From: Hormiphora californensis
Taxonomy: Eukaryota; Animalia; Ctenophora
NCBI GenBank assembly: GCA_020137815.1
Contig: CM035362.1
Coordinates: 6,200,001 to 6,264,000 of the forward strand
Length of the DNA stretch: 64,000 nt
Direction of reading: 5' to 3'
Numbering within the stretch: the stretch's first letter is position 1; every line of letters starts with the position of its first letter. Of the stretch, positions 13,355-24,424 are shown in pieces. A model generated the notes under the pieces. It was not told where the DNA came from and searched no databases. It saw nothing but the letters and a program-made list of their open reading frames with translations. The position numbers and the translations under genes are program-made.

Positions 13355-13865
13355 GTTAATACAACAATCTCTCCTCCTAAATCAGGTGATTGTTTGCTTT
13401 GTATTACCCACAATGGTATCCGTTATTTTTTCCATTGCTGTCCTCGGGAAACTAATCTCTCTTGGTACAACAAAGAGGCCCCAGACCCACCGCCCAGCAG
13501 TCCACCATCCCATCCACCCGCCCGCCCACCCACCCAGCCCGCCCGCCCAACCACCCCATCAAGACCCAGGAGGGGAATTGGGGAACCCTACAGATTATCA
13601 GCGATATGGTACTAAAGTTACTCTAAATGGCAATCTGCCTCCGCGGTAAGAGCTGAGAAATTTTCAGAATCTTTCTGGTGGACCTGTCTCATATGTAATT
13701 GATAAAATTTTACTATAGGGACACAATTTCTAGTGGAAAAGATTAATATACTAAATATCTGCAGCAATCCCTTGGAAGTGCAGCGTCGTAAAAGAGTTTC
13801 CAGAGCAACCTGGACTATAGTAACCATCATAGCAACGCATATCATTCTCTTTGGATACCTTTACT
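10662..13865 (+). CDS. Rhodopsin-class (class A) GPCR, TM1-TM6 only; exons 10662-10774, 10863-10936, 11043-11101, 12190-12230, 12424-12497, 12589-12693, 12849-12934, 13206-13274, 13386-13464, 13594-13645, 13765-~13865
   Basis: All junctions are GT-AG and phase-compatible. Product: MNVTEE (N-glycosylation site), TM1 IFGTPINLNVI, TM2 YFNLAICDLLMQLVVMPW, TM3 LFCSVSGFVYH...MSLDRLHAL, TM4 LTWCFAL, ECL2 LTCGW, TM5 VCFVLPTMVS, TM6 RKRVSRATWTIVTII, then an out-of-frame WIP. No TM7 found. Confidence 0.85.
11087..11279 (+). repeat. ~38-bp tandem repeat (about 5 copies) whose unit spans the GPCR exon 3 donor
   Basis: Unit ATCTACTACATTTAT|GTAACTATTAATTTGTTGTACTA; the first copy is the real exon end at 11101. 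Confidence 0.85.
11280..12115. mobile_element. pogo/Tigger-like MITE (CAGT termini, TA target duplication) with an internal inverted repeat
   Basis: TA|CAGTCGGACCCCGATTTAACGGC ... GCCGTTAAATCGGGGTCCGACTG|TA. A shorter copy lies at 36065-36236 and an end fragment at 862-908. Confidence 0.9.
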
Positions 13866-13974
13866 TGGTTTTTTTTTTGTAAATGGGAAAATTTTTATAT
13901 TTGGAATTTTTTCCCCCCCCCCCCCTTTTTAAAACCTTCAAGCTTTCAGGGGCCGATAGCCCCAATTCTTTTCT

Positions 13975-14945
13975 TTTTTAAAAACCCTGGTCCCTTGGCT
14001 TTCGCCTGTTGGTTCCTTTGGGGTGAACAAGGTAACATTTCTTTTCAAAACATTCCTTGGATTCTATTGCTCTGCTACAGATAGCCTTGTGTAGTTTCCT
14101 ACATTCCGGACCCTTGGCACAACCTTTCTCTCCTTTCTTCCCCCAGGGAACACATAGTTTCGGATGAAAAAAGTCACACCTATCCTTACCGTCAGCAGAT
14201 TTCTTCCAGATATGCCATGAGGACACCTACCCTCCTTGAGCAACATACAAGTAGTTTCGCACTCGTTTGGGAATTTTTCCGCCTCCTTCTGCTGTTTCGC
14301 GAGATTGGCCAGTGCTTCCAGCACAGTCGGATCGTCAGCATTCACCTTCACCTTCTCGCTTGCCTCATCGTTCATTTTCGTTTTCCGTTCACTACCGGGC
14401 TCAACAATCGACAGACTGTTATTCCTAGACCTTCCAGGCGTATTCAGTCGCGATGAGACCTTGGTAGTAAGCGGTGTACCCTTTTCCTCATCTTTGGGAC
14501 ACCAGCACGGATCACATATCCAAACTTCTCCTACCAGGCTTGAAGCTTCATTTCTGGAAGTGATTACACTCACCAAAGGTTCACAGTCATGGAAGGTTGG
14601 TGACAGAGAAAACACCTCAGAGGAAGAGGCCATTCCTCTTGTGCTGGTAGATGTCGTTACATTCAGCACATTTGCTGGCACGGTCAGGGCTTTGAGCTCC
14701 TGAGCAACCCTGAGAGCAATCCTGGGCTTTGTTTCAGCTCTATGTCCTTAACCCCCTTTTCACCATATAGGGGAGGAATACCGAGAAACTCCGCGAATTC
14801 ATCGAGAATGGGTCGGTAACCTTTGATAAGGACGCCTTATTGGCCCACACAGGTTGTGATGTATCGAAGTGTGTCAAGCAGTTTTAACAGCTTCCGGGCC
14901 AGTCCGAATCATCTCCCCGAGTACTTCCTTGGCTGTGCCATGTTT
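13975..14945 (-). mobile_element. Degenerate non-LTR retrotransposon ORF1 (PHD finger plus tandem CCCH-type zinc fingers); no ORF2 seen
   Basis: Across frameshifts: ILDEFAEFLGIPP...IALRVAQELKAL...CAECNDIY...LRCFLCHQPSHDC...VWICDPC, then CMLLKEGRCPHGISG / CDFFHPKLC...GCAKGPECRKLH...IC...ECFEKKCYLVHPKGT. This architecture resembles ORF1 of CR1/L2-group elements in invertebrates (inference). Confidence 0.6.
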
Positions 14946-15039
14946 GTCATGATTGGCCATTACTTTTACCATAGGCTAGATCCTACAGGGGGTTTGAGAC
15001 ACACGACGCCGCCACGAGCTCAAATTAATTTGTTTAAAG

Positions 15040-17071
15040 TAGTGTTGAAAAGTTTGAAACTTCCTTCATATAATGTGCTCGAGCAAATCCTTTACCACAG
15101 ACATCACATTTGAATGGACGCTCTCCAGTATGTAAATTAAGATGCATAATATAACTACCGACTGAGAAAACTTCTTCCCGCACACCTCACACTCGTATGG
15201 TTTATTTCCATCATGTTTCGCTTATGTTAAAAGGTAAGGTTTCTTAAAACTCATAGGACAAATATCACACTGGAACTTCTCTTTCGGATGTGCAGTTCTG
15301 ATGTGCTCGTACAACTCGTTCTTGGGTACTCTCATCCCACAATTTTGTTGTCGGCAACAAACCATTTTTTCACATTATGAGTACAAGTTCGATGTTTCTT
15401 TAGAGCGTCTTTCAGTCCAAACTCATTCCACACTCATCACATTGGTGAGGTTTATCTCCACTGTGGACCAGGCTGTGCTGGGTAAGGTGACTGGTACGGT
15501 TAAAAGCCATTGGACAAACATCACACTTGTATTTCTTATCTGGATGATCATTTATAACATGCTCGAACAGGTCTTTCTCTGAAGATTTTACGACCGAGCA
15601 CCGCATAATTTTACACTGGTAGCCAGCGTTGCGAGCAGAATCCTCCCCTTTTGCAATTGATAGAGAGGAAGTCACATGCAGAGAAGAATGTAAAGGCTTT
15701 TAATTGGATCAGCATATGTCCGATGATAAGAGGTATTTGGAGAAATTGGCCGATCATCAAAGGCTTGTCGAGGTAGAATCGATTGGTACTGGAACCATGT
15801 CGTTTTTTGTAGATTTGGGATTTCCTGAGCTAATCACTTCTTTCTCATTGAAATCAATTACGCCTCGTTTCAGTACTAACCCATCAATCTGCTTCCAGAC
15901 TGCTAACCTCCTCCTAACCTCCCCTCCTCCCTTTAACCTGATTCACCCACTAAACTATCTGAGACACAGTTATTATCATCTGAAAACAAAAGATAGTTCA
16001 GAATCTAACATAAGGATAAAGATAAAATCTTTAAAAATTTATCGATGGGAAACTTTACCTAGTAAAGAAACAAGAATTATTGCATTATGTATTCATAATG
16101 CGGTGTTTCCCTGCCACAAATGCAAATGGATTTAAAATCGATAAATAAGCTTCAAAACCGGATTTCCTGAGCATTTTTGGCTGATGCGATGTTGGTTCCT
16201 AAGTTAACTAGGTTAGTTTCTATGGCAACCAAGACAGTTGCTACGAAACCAAGGCAGTTGCTAAGGAGACCCCAGTTGCAGTTACCGAGTGCTTCAACTT
16301 TAACCGCATTTCAACTCGACTCACTAGTGTGACAGTTTCATACTTGGAAGACGTTCTACCTCTTCATGACATGGCTGTAGGACGCTCAAAGTGACTTCAA
16401 GTGAAAGTAGGAAGTCCTATCAGCGAGTAATTGCGCGCCACAATGTGTGTTAATCATTTCCTTTGTTGCATCAACGAAGCGTGAGATGAAAGTTTTATGA
16501 AGGAGCAGCACTTGTTACTATGCGTTGTCCGTGACGGACGGACATTTAGTTAACCCCCACAATCTGCTGATTTCTAAACCCTGAATGATCTTTTTAGCAC
16601 GTGCGTGCTAAAAAGATCATTCCGGGTGAATGCCCTTTGGGCATTCACCCGGGCAGGGAAAAAATATATTTCCCTCGCAAACTCACCAACTAGTGATAAA
16701 GCAATTGATCTAGTAGGAACTGAGTCATAGAAAGAAGGATCAGTAATTTCCATCTTTACAGGATCCACTGTAATTTCATCGCACCCAGTTTGAGTTCGCA
16801 CTTCCACCAATATGGCTGTTTTGACAAGTTTATACCCCGACTCCAGAAGGCAACTCCCTTGTTTTCCACAGCCATCACATTTGAATAAAATATTTCTCTC
16901 CCCTGGTATTGTTTGAATCCTGAATACTGGACAGGGTGTATCATAAATCGCAGGTTCCACGTATATTGGTTCCGTTTTCAGAAGGGGAGGAATTTCAAAC
17001 TTTCTATCGGCTGTCGTGACGGGGCTTTTTGAACTACCAGTTCTAGGTCGGCCGGCTTTACTTTTTGCCAT
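15040..17071 (-). pseudogene. C2H2 (Kruppel-type) zinc-finger gene with several frameshifts (pseudogene or uncorrected consensus errors); exon 1 17071-16687, exon 2 from 15979
   Basis: ATG at 17071 follows a TATACAG acceptor (MAKSKAGRPR...). The GTGAGT donor at 16686 is phase-compatible with the TTTTCAG acceptor at 15980. Fingers: [84 protein letters not shown]. Confidence 0.72.
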
Positions 17072-17244
17072 TATATCCTGTATAGAATAGAGAAAATTCA
17101 CTAACCCCAACACCGATTGGCACCATCATTGGTATAGAATAGAGAAAGTTTAGATTGAGTGAATATGTTTGATGCATAGGGTTGCTTGGTCTTGTCTGAA
17201 ACCCTCTTCAATAACTTCTTGAGGAATTTCTCAAACTCATCTCC

Positions 17245-17742
17245 CATAAGGAACCATAATAAAGTTCAAGAGCCTCCAAGAGCGTACCCCATCGAAGAGA
17301 GACCACAACTGAGAGCGCACCACGCCCAAAAGAGACCACATCCAAGAGCGTACCACATCCAGGAGATACCGAATTCAAGAGCGCACCACCTCCAGAAGAC
17401 ACCACTCCAAGAGCGCACCAGGACCAGGAGAGCACCCCATCCAGAAGATACCGCACGCAAGGGATACCACACGCAGAAGAGGTCGCACGCGCAAATACAA
17501 CGCTGCGCTGGTCTCTTCTGCGTGTGGTGTCCCCTGTGTGTGGTATCTTTTGGATGGGGAGCTCTCTTTGATGTGGTGCGCTCTTGGAGTGGTGTCTTCT
17601 GGAGGTGGTGCGCTCTTGAATTCGGTCTCTTCTGGATGTGGTCTCTTTTGGGTGTGGTGCGCTCTCAGGTGTGGTCTCTCTTCGATGGGGTGTGCTCTTG
17701 GGCGCTCTTGGAGGCTCTTGAACTTTATTATGGTTCCTTATG
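17245..17742. mobile_element. Foldback element whose arms consist of short GAGCGCACCAC-type subrepeats
   Basis: CATAAGGAACCATAATAAAGTTCAAGAGCCTCCAAGAGCG ... CGCTCTTGGAGGCTCTTGAACTTTATTATGGTTCCTTATG; the centre of symmetry is near 17500. Confidence 0.8.
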
Positions 17743-17951
17743 CCGCCAAATGTGCTCATGACGAGACCCAGATTTTAACGTTTTCCGATTTTAACGTTTT
17801 CCTTCATAAACATTAAACATTGGGCGCCGTTACGATCTGGGTGTTTGGAGGCCTGTTTACAGGTGTGCGCTGCCAAAAAAGTTGATTCACTAAAATGGCT
17901 CTAACCGCCAAACCACTCAACCGTTTTGGCTGATTCAAAGTTTATCTGGTA

Positions 17952-18103
17952 ATGTCCATTTTTTTTCAACTGTTCACCCCCCAAAGTCGTGCGCGGAATT
18001 GTTTTGCGCGTTTATCACATGTTAACGTGTAGCGTGCGCAGCGTAAATTAAAATATCGCACGCGCACGAGTTGAGGGGTGAACAGTTGAATAAAAATGGA
18101 CTT
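17952..18103. mobile_element. ~150-bp MITE inserted at TA
   Basis: GTCCATTTTTTTTCAACTGTTCACCCC ... GGGGTGAACAGTTGAATAAAAATGGAC; it interrupts host sequence CTGGTA|GGAAATGTCAAGG, which is intact in sister copies. Confidence 0.75.
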
Positions 18104-18187
18104 TAGGGAATGTCAAGGCCTAACCCCAACCCAAACCCCAACCCTAACCCTAACCCTACTTTAGCCCTAACCCTAAAAAACCGTTTA

Positions 18188-18338
18188 AAGTCGGATTTTT
18201 TGAAGTTGTCACCCCCCTTCTCGTGCGCGGAATGTTTTTGCGCGTCACATCACATGTTAACGTGTGGTGTGCGCGTCAAAATTGATAAATTTCACATGCG
18301 CGGTCATTTTGGGGTGACAACTTCAAAAAATCCGACTT
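18188..18338. mobile_element. ~150-bp MITE related to the 17952 element, inserted at TA
   Basis: AAGTCGGATTTTTTGAAGTTGTCACCCC ... GGGGTGACAACTTCAAAAAATCCGACTT; the internal TCGTGCGCGGAAT...CACATGTTAACGTG is shared with the 17952 element. Confidence 0.78.
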
Positions 18339-18381
18339 TATCAGCACTCCCAAAACACCCAGATTTTAACGCTGGCCTTAA

Positions 18382-19674
18382 GGGTACACCTGGCGTTTTT
18401 CATTATCGAGTGCCCAACCAAATGACTTCACCAGGGTTTAGGCCATACAAAATGGACCTCAAATATGCAATTTTAGCCCTAAAGTCGAATTCATATTTTT
18501 GCTACAGCCTATTTTCAAAGTGGCGTTTTTTCAATTTTTGGTGGAATTTTTAACCTCAGGACCACTTTTTTTGAGATAGAAACATTAAATTCTTGGAATT
18601 TGAAGAGAATATAAAGGTAAATAAGCCCAAAGAAGGATTTTTGAAATGGAGCTTATTTCTGGCCATGAGAGCGGTTTACTTTTTTGCTTCTTTGACACGC
18701 TGGCTGAGAATGTTCCCATGCTTCATTAGAGATGAAAATCTGGAAATAGTTGCTCAAAACAATTATCTATGTGGCCCAAAAATTTTGGAACTTTCCCGCC
18801 AAAGATGTGGTGTACAGAGCTTGTTTTGTGAAACCCATCTTTTTGAAAAAGAGGGAAATTCCCTGTATCTCAAAAACGGATGATCGTAGAGACCTGCGAC
18901 CAAGCTTAATCGATTCAGAAGGTCCGATTTTGGGGGGGTCTTCTGAGAGACATTTTGCTCCTACTCCAACCGTTTTTGCTGTAATTGCGAAAAAGGTATC
19001 AGCAAGTAAGGGGGAAATTAGCCCGAAGCAGGCTACTGGAATAGAGTTGTTCCCCCTTTTCATAGAATTGGTTTTTGCAAGTACAGCAAAAACGGCTGGA
19101 GTAGGAGCAAAATGTCTCTCAGAAGACCCCCCCAAAATCGGACCTTCTGAATCGATTAAGCTTGGTCGCAGGTCTCTACGATCATCCGTTTTTGAGATAC
19201 AGGGAATTCCCCTCTTTTTCAAAAAGATGGGTTTCACAAAACAAGCTCTGTACACCACATCTTTGGCGGGAAACTTCCAAAATTTTTGGGCCACATAGAT
19301 AATTGTTTTGAGCAACTATTTCCAGATTTTCATCTCTAATGAAGCATGGGAACATTCTCAGCCAGCGTGTCAAAGAAGCAAAAAAGTAAACCGCTCTCAT
19401 GGCCAGAAATAAGCTCCATTTCAAAAATCCTTCTTTGGGCTTATTTACCTTTATATTCTCTTCAAATTCCAAGAATTTAATGTTTCTATCTCAAAAAAAG
19501 TGGTCCTGAGGTTAAAAATTCCACCAAAAATTGAAAAAAACGCCACTTTGAAAATAGGCTGTAGCAAAAATATGAATTCGACTTTAGGGCTAAAATTGCA
19601 TATTTGAGGTCCATTTTGTATGGCCTAAACCCTGGTGAAGTCATTTGGTTGGGCACTCGATGATGAAAAACGCC
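18382..19674. mobile_element. Foldback element with ~590-bp near-identical inverted arms and TTAA target duplication (Kolobok-like)
   Basis: TTAA|GGGTACACCTGGCGTTTTTCAT ... ATGAAAAACGCC|TTAA; the right terminus lacks about 10 bp. Mirror ORFs 18593-18883/19182-19472 and 18750-19298/18767-19315. Confidence 0.85.
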
Positions 19675-19847
19675 TTAAACATTCATATGGGGACGAGAAA
19701 AATTGTTTGATTTGAGCCGCGGCGTCGCATAAATGGTAATTTTTCGCGCGCTACGTTTTTAAGACTTATAATGCGGCGTAATGCAGCGATAATGATGTCA
19801 AAAGCCGCGCAGAATTAATTTCAACCCGCCGCCGCCCCCGATTTTTG

Positions 19848-20378
19848 GGCCATTGTTAAAATCTGGGTGTTTCGTGAGTGCTGACAAACGGTTTTTTAGG
19901 GTTAGGGCTAAAGTAGCGTTAGGGTTAGGGTTTGGGTTTGGGTTGGGGTTAGGACTTGACATTTCCTACCACATAAACTTTGAATTAGCCAAAACAGTTG
20001 AGTGGTTTGGCAGTTAGAGCTATTTTAGTGAATCAACTTTTTTGGCAGTGTGCACCAGGTGCACCTGTAAACAGGCCACGTCCCACGAAACACCCAGATC
20101 GTAACGGCGCCCTTAAAATATGGGTGTTTTGTGGGCCAGCGTTAAAATCTGGGTGTTTGGTGAATGCTGACAAACGGTTTTTTAGGGTTAGGGCTAAGGT
20201 TAGGACTAAGGTTTGGTTGGGGTTAGGCCTTGACATTTCTTACCAGATAAACTTTGAATTAGCCAAAACGGTTGAGTGGTTTGGCGGTTAGAGCCATTTT
20301 AGTGAATCAACTTTTTTGGAAGTGCACACCTGACACCTGTAAACAGGCAACCAAACACCCAGATCGTAACGGCGTCCC
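19848..20378. mobile_element. Two tandem copies of the (TTAGGG)n-core element family
   Basis: GTTAAAATCTGGGTGTTT...TGCTGACAAACGGTTTTTTAGGGTTAGGGCTAA...AAACACCCAGATCGTAACGGCG occurs twice. Confidence 0.75.
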
Positions 20379-20609
20379 ATTTTTTTTTGTTATTTATTAA
20401 ACGGTCTTCTCGCTTTTCTTAGCCACTTTGTAATACTCTGACTCACGATATGTACTTGTTATCGAATGGTCTTGTTATCAGTATAATTTAAAGCCTCTTT
20501 TCCGAACTCCCCCTTCTCCGTATATTTACGAATCAATTGCCCGATAGAGCTGTCAATGTTTAACGGACCAAATTAGACTGCCATTGAACAACTGCCATTG
20601 AACAAAACA

Positions 20610-23600
20610 ATGTTTAAAGGGCTGAAAGCTCGAATTAATGAATCGATTTCAACACCAGATGTAAGTAACTGCGTTGTCCAGTATATTGTCCATTATTGTT
20701 CAATATCGCAGTTCCTCATGTCCCTAGTGGGCTGTGTTGTTTATGTTTCAGTTGCGTTGTGCGTTCTGTTCAGAGTTCCTTAGTTAAATAACAGTAGCTC
20801 TGTTATCCATGACAATGTGTGTTCTGTTCAGGTTTCGTTTCGATCTGCAGACTCTTCAACCCCCAACACATCGCTAAACAATAACAACAATACTGGTGGT
20901 GCTGGTGGTGGTGGGGGTGAAGCGGCAGCGGGGTTATTTGGGAAGTTTAAACAGAAACTGACGGATGTAGTATCTAACACTTCCCTTATAGTAAGTTTAG
21001 TTGTACTTGATAGTAAGATGTAAAGACTAGTTGTACTTTATAGTAAGATGTAAAGATTAGTTGTACTTGAGGACTTGAGGGATATATTCTATTATTTCTG
21101 ATCATCATCTCCCTCCCCCCAGTCGAGTGATGTTGAGACATTTGATTCTGATATTTCTGATCATTATCCCCCCCCCCTCCAGTCGAGTGATGTTGAGACA
21201 TTTGATTCTGATATTTCTGAGGAGGAATTGATGGAGATAGACAAGTTGATAATTCTCACACCAACCAACCAGCTACCTGACAACCTTAGGAAAACGGTAC
21301 ATTACAGGAACCGACCCTGATTGGCTGATAACCAGTCACGTGACCTAAATAACCAGTCACGTGACCTAAATAACGAGTTCTACTTGGTTGTTTACTTAAA
21401 TGTCGGTCGGTACATTATTATTTAGTGATGAATCTCATTACTAAGTGATATAAACAACCTGATCTGTCAAGATTAGCAAACTATGAATCATCTTTACCTT
21501 TTTTCCACTGTGTCAAGTGGGAATATATCACTCATTCTAATTCCATGCTGACTCAGCATCCTAAAACATTGACTTCTCAGGCTATAAGCAGGCTGAAACT
21601 AAAGAAAAAGCTCAAGTATACCATTGGGCAGTACAATTCTGTCGTTTATGAGCACACTGCACAGCAGGACCAGATACGAAGCCTGAAAGAGGAAATGAAG
21701 AAATCTCAGGTATTTCTTATTTTGCCGGTGCTTGAGGGTATATATCACACTATAAATACTGGGATGGGAGGTCCATCCTAATAATTTCTACTGTGTACTA
21801 AATAAACAATCCTCCTCCCCCATACAGGGAGAGTCTGCGCCTAGCACTCACCCCCCCCCCCCTAAACTAACACCCCGCGTATACAGGGAGAGTCTGTACC
21901 AAACAAACACCCCCAAACAAACACCCCCAAACAAACACTCACCCAAACAAACACCCCCAAACAAACACCCCCAAACAAACACCCCCAAACAAACACCCCC
22001 AAACAAACACTCACCCAAACAAACACCCCCAAACAAACACCCCCAAACAAACACCCCCAAACAAACACTCACCCAAACAAACACCCCCAAACAAACACCA
22101 GCTAACAACACCCCCCCCCCTAACAAACCCCCTAAACTTACAACCCTCCCCCCCCCTAACAAACCCCCAAACCTCCCTACTTCCCCACCAACTGGGCGAG
22201 TCTGCGCTAGTTCAAGAGAACAAACACCAGCTAACAACCCCACTCCCCAAACACTCACCCCCACCCCAACAAACCCCCCACCCCTCAAACAGGGCGAGTC
22301 TTACACCCCAACAAACCCCCTAAACTTACACCCCAACAAACCCCCTAAACTTACACCCCCAACAAACCCCCTAAACTTACACCCCAACGAACACCCCCTA
22401 AACTAACACCACCACCCCACCAACAGGGCGAGTCTGCGCTAGTTCAAGAATATAAACACCAGCTAACAACCCCCCCCCCCCCCCCCCCCCCGCTAACAAA
22501 CCCCCTAAACTTACAACCCCCCCCACCACCACCAACAGGGCGAGTCTGCGCTAGTTCAAGAGTATAAACACCAGCTAACTGAAAGGACCGAGCTAGTCTA
22601 CCAACTGCAGAGTCAAATTGAGGTTTTGAAAGAAACAGCGCTACTGTCCGAGAATAATGGACAGGGTGGAACTGGTAAGTAGGCAACATTTCTCAATAGT
22701 AAACCGAGTTTTGTACATTATTTCATCTATGTTTGTTAATTTTTTTTTAAAAATCAATACTTTAATTTAAAATTAATAAGCTTTAAATTTAAGAATTACC
22801 TCTTTCCGCGCTGTAGTATTCAAGAGTGACTATTTTGAGTAGCCACGGTGATTTTGTCAGTAATATGATTCGAACATTGTTTTATCGATACCAGGGGTTT
22901 AAGATACACCTGATAAAAAACAGGGGGAAAAATTTGGGAAAAAGGGGGGTTTAAAATAGCCTAAAAAGGGGAAAAATTTTTTTCGGTAAAGGTGTTCTTA
23001 GTTGGGAAATTTTTTGGAAAAAAAGGGCGAGGAAGTAGGGAGTTTTGAAAAGAAGACTTAAAATTTCCCCCCTTTTTGATGGTAAAGGGAAAGGAATTGG
23101 TAAATTTCACTTAAATTTTTCCAAAAACCCCATGGGCCCCTTTCCGGGTTGGGAAAGGTATTTTTCGGGCCGTAAAAAACCCAAAACCCCCCCCTTCCCC
23201 CCAAAATAAATTTTGGGGGACCCTTTTGGTTTTTAAAAACTTTTAAATAGTTTTTTTAAAAACCAGGAATTGGGAAACTTCCCCAAGTTAAATTTTAGGG
23301 GAAGTTGGGTTTAAAAAACAAGGGTTGCCGGGAAAAATAAGGGCGGGTCGCTGGAAAGGGGGGTCTTACCCTTCCCCTTTGTCCCTTAATTAAACAAACT
23401 AGAAAGGGAAAAAAGGCCCAAATGGGGGGAATAAGGGAAGGCAATGGCAAATAAAAAGGGAATTTGGCCGAACCTTGAAATTCTGTAGGCTCAACCCAAA
23501 AATTTTTTGGGGTTTATGTTAAAATTTATTTTGAACCACATACGTGTAATTACTTACGAACAGTGTTATTCAATGAAGACCTAGCGACTGATAAATACGG

Positions 23601-24238
23601 GGAGAGTGTGATCGGTGATGCACGGATGATTCAAGTCAGTTCAATACTGGTACAAAGTTGTTGATCGTGACGAGGTGAGGATAGATTGTGACCAGGTGTC
23701 AGATTAAACAGGTGAGAGGTAAGGGTAGAGTCTAGATTAGAAAGGTAAGACTTACAGGTTCTTGAGTAGTTGGGACAGTGAGATATACAAAGGGAATGGT
23801 AAGACTTCGACATAGCTCAAACTACAAAGTGTTGAACCCTGAAGGGTCTGTAGGATCCATGGATAATAGATGAGGGAGGATGTAACTGGCACAGTCTAAA
23901 CACCAGTACGTGTACACCCTGCACAAGGGAGTACCTGATCATTATAAAGTAGTATAAGATCCGTGTGAAAACAACGTGCACATTATAGTAGGACCCTGAA
24001 TTAGGAGTATAGTCAGTGTAGATTATAACACGTGTAATATGGACACGCAGAAGACTTGCGGATTAGAGCTATAATTATAAGACAGTGCAGAATTGGGTAC
24101 GAGAGAAGAGATGAAGATGGAGAGTAGCAGCAGAAGAGAGAGATTAGATCTGGGAGAGGAGAGAGAGAGTGAGAGCAGAGAGAGAAGAGAGAGAGAGAGG
24201 CGATGAGAAGAGCGAGAGAGAGGGAGGGAGAGGAGAGG

Positions 24239-24279
<41 letters not shown>

Positions 24280-24391
24280 GGATGAGAGGAGAGAAGAGAG
24301 CGAGACGAGAGATGCGAGAGTAGAGAGAGCGAGAGAGAGAGAGAAGCTTCTGCTCATCTCTCTATATATCTCGATGCTATAGCTCTCATCT

Positions 24392-24424
<33 letters not shown>

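Larger units (their letters stand above)
17822..18377. mobile_element. Mutator-like (9-bp target duplication) non-autonomous element with a (TAACCC)n core and two MITE insertions
   Basis: TTAAACATT at 17813-17821 is restored on the right once the 18382-19674 insert is removed. Ends are GGGCGCCGTTACGATCTGGGTG and CACCCAGATTTTAACGCTGGCC. Related copies in the opposite orientation lie at about 19848-20112, 20133-20378 and 60494-60733. Confidence 0.7.

Noticed and set aside
18115-18180. Telomere or chromosome-fusion relic (TAACCC)n
   Set aside because: The tract is short and degenerate, and always sits at the same position within dispersed elements.
18593-19472. Mirror ORFs of 96 and 182 aa
   Set aside because: They are products of the palindromic arms and have no recognisable domain.
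22900-23530. Unusual homopolymer-rich segment as a novel element
   Set aside because: Runs of A, T, G and C without repeat structure look like low-quality long-read consensus; similar stretches occur at 13860-13980 and 54200-54420.
23590-24080. Possible 3' remnant of a LINE ORF2 on the minus strand
   Set aside because: The resemblance is only vague and no continuous motif supports a call.
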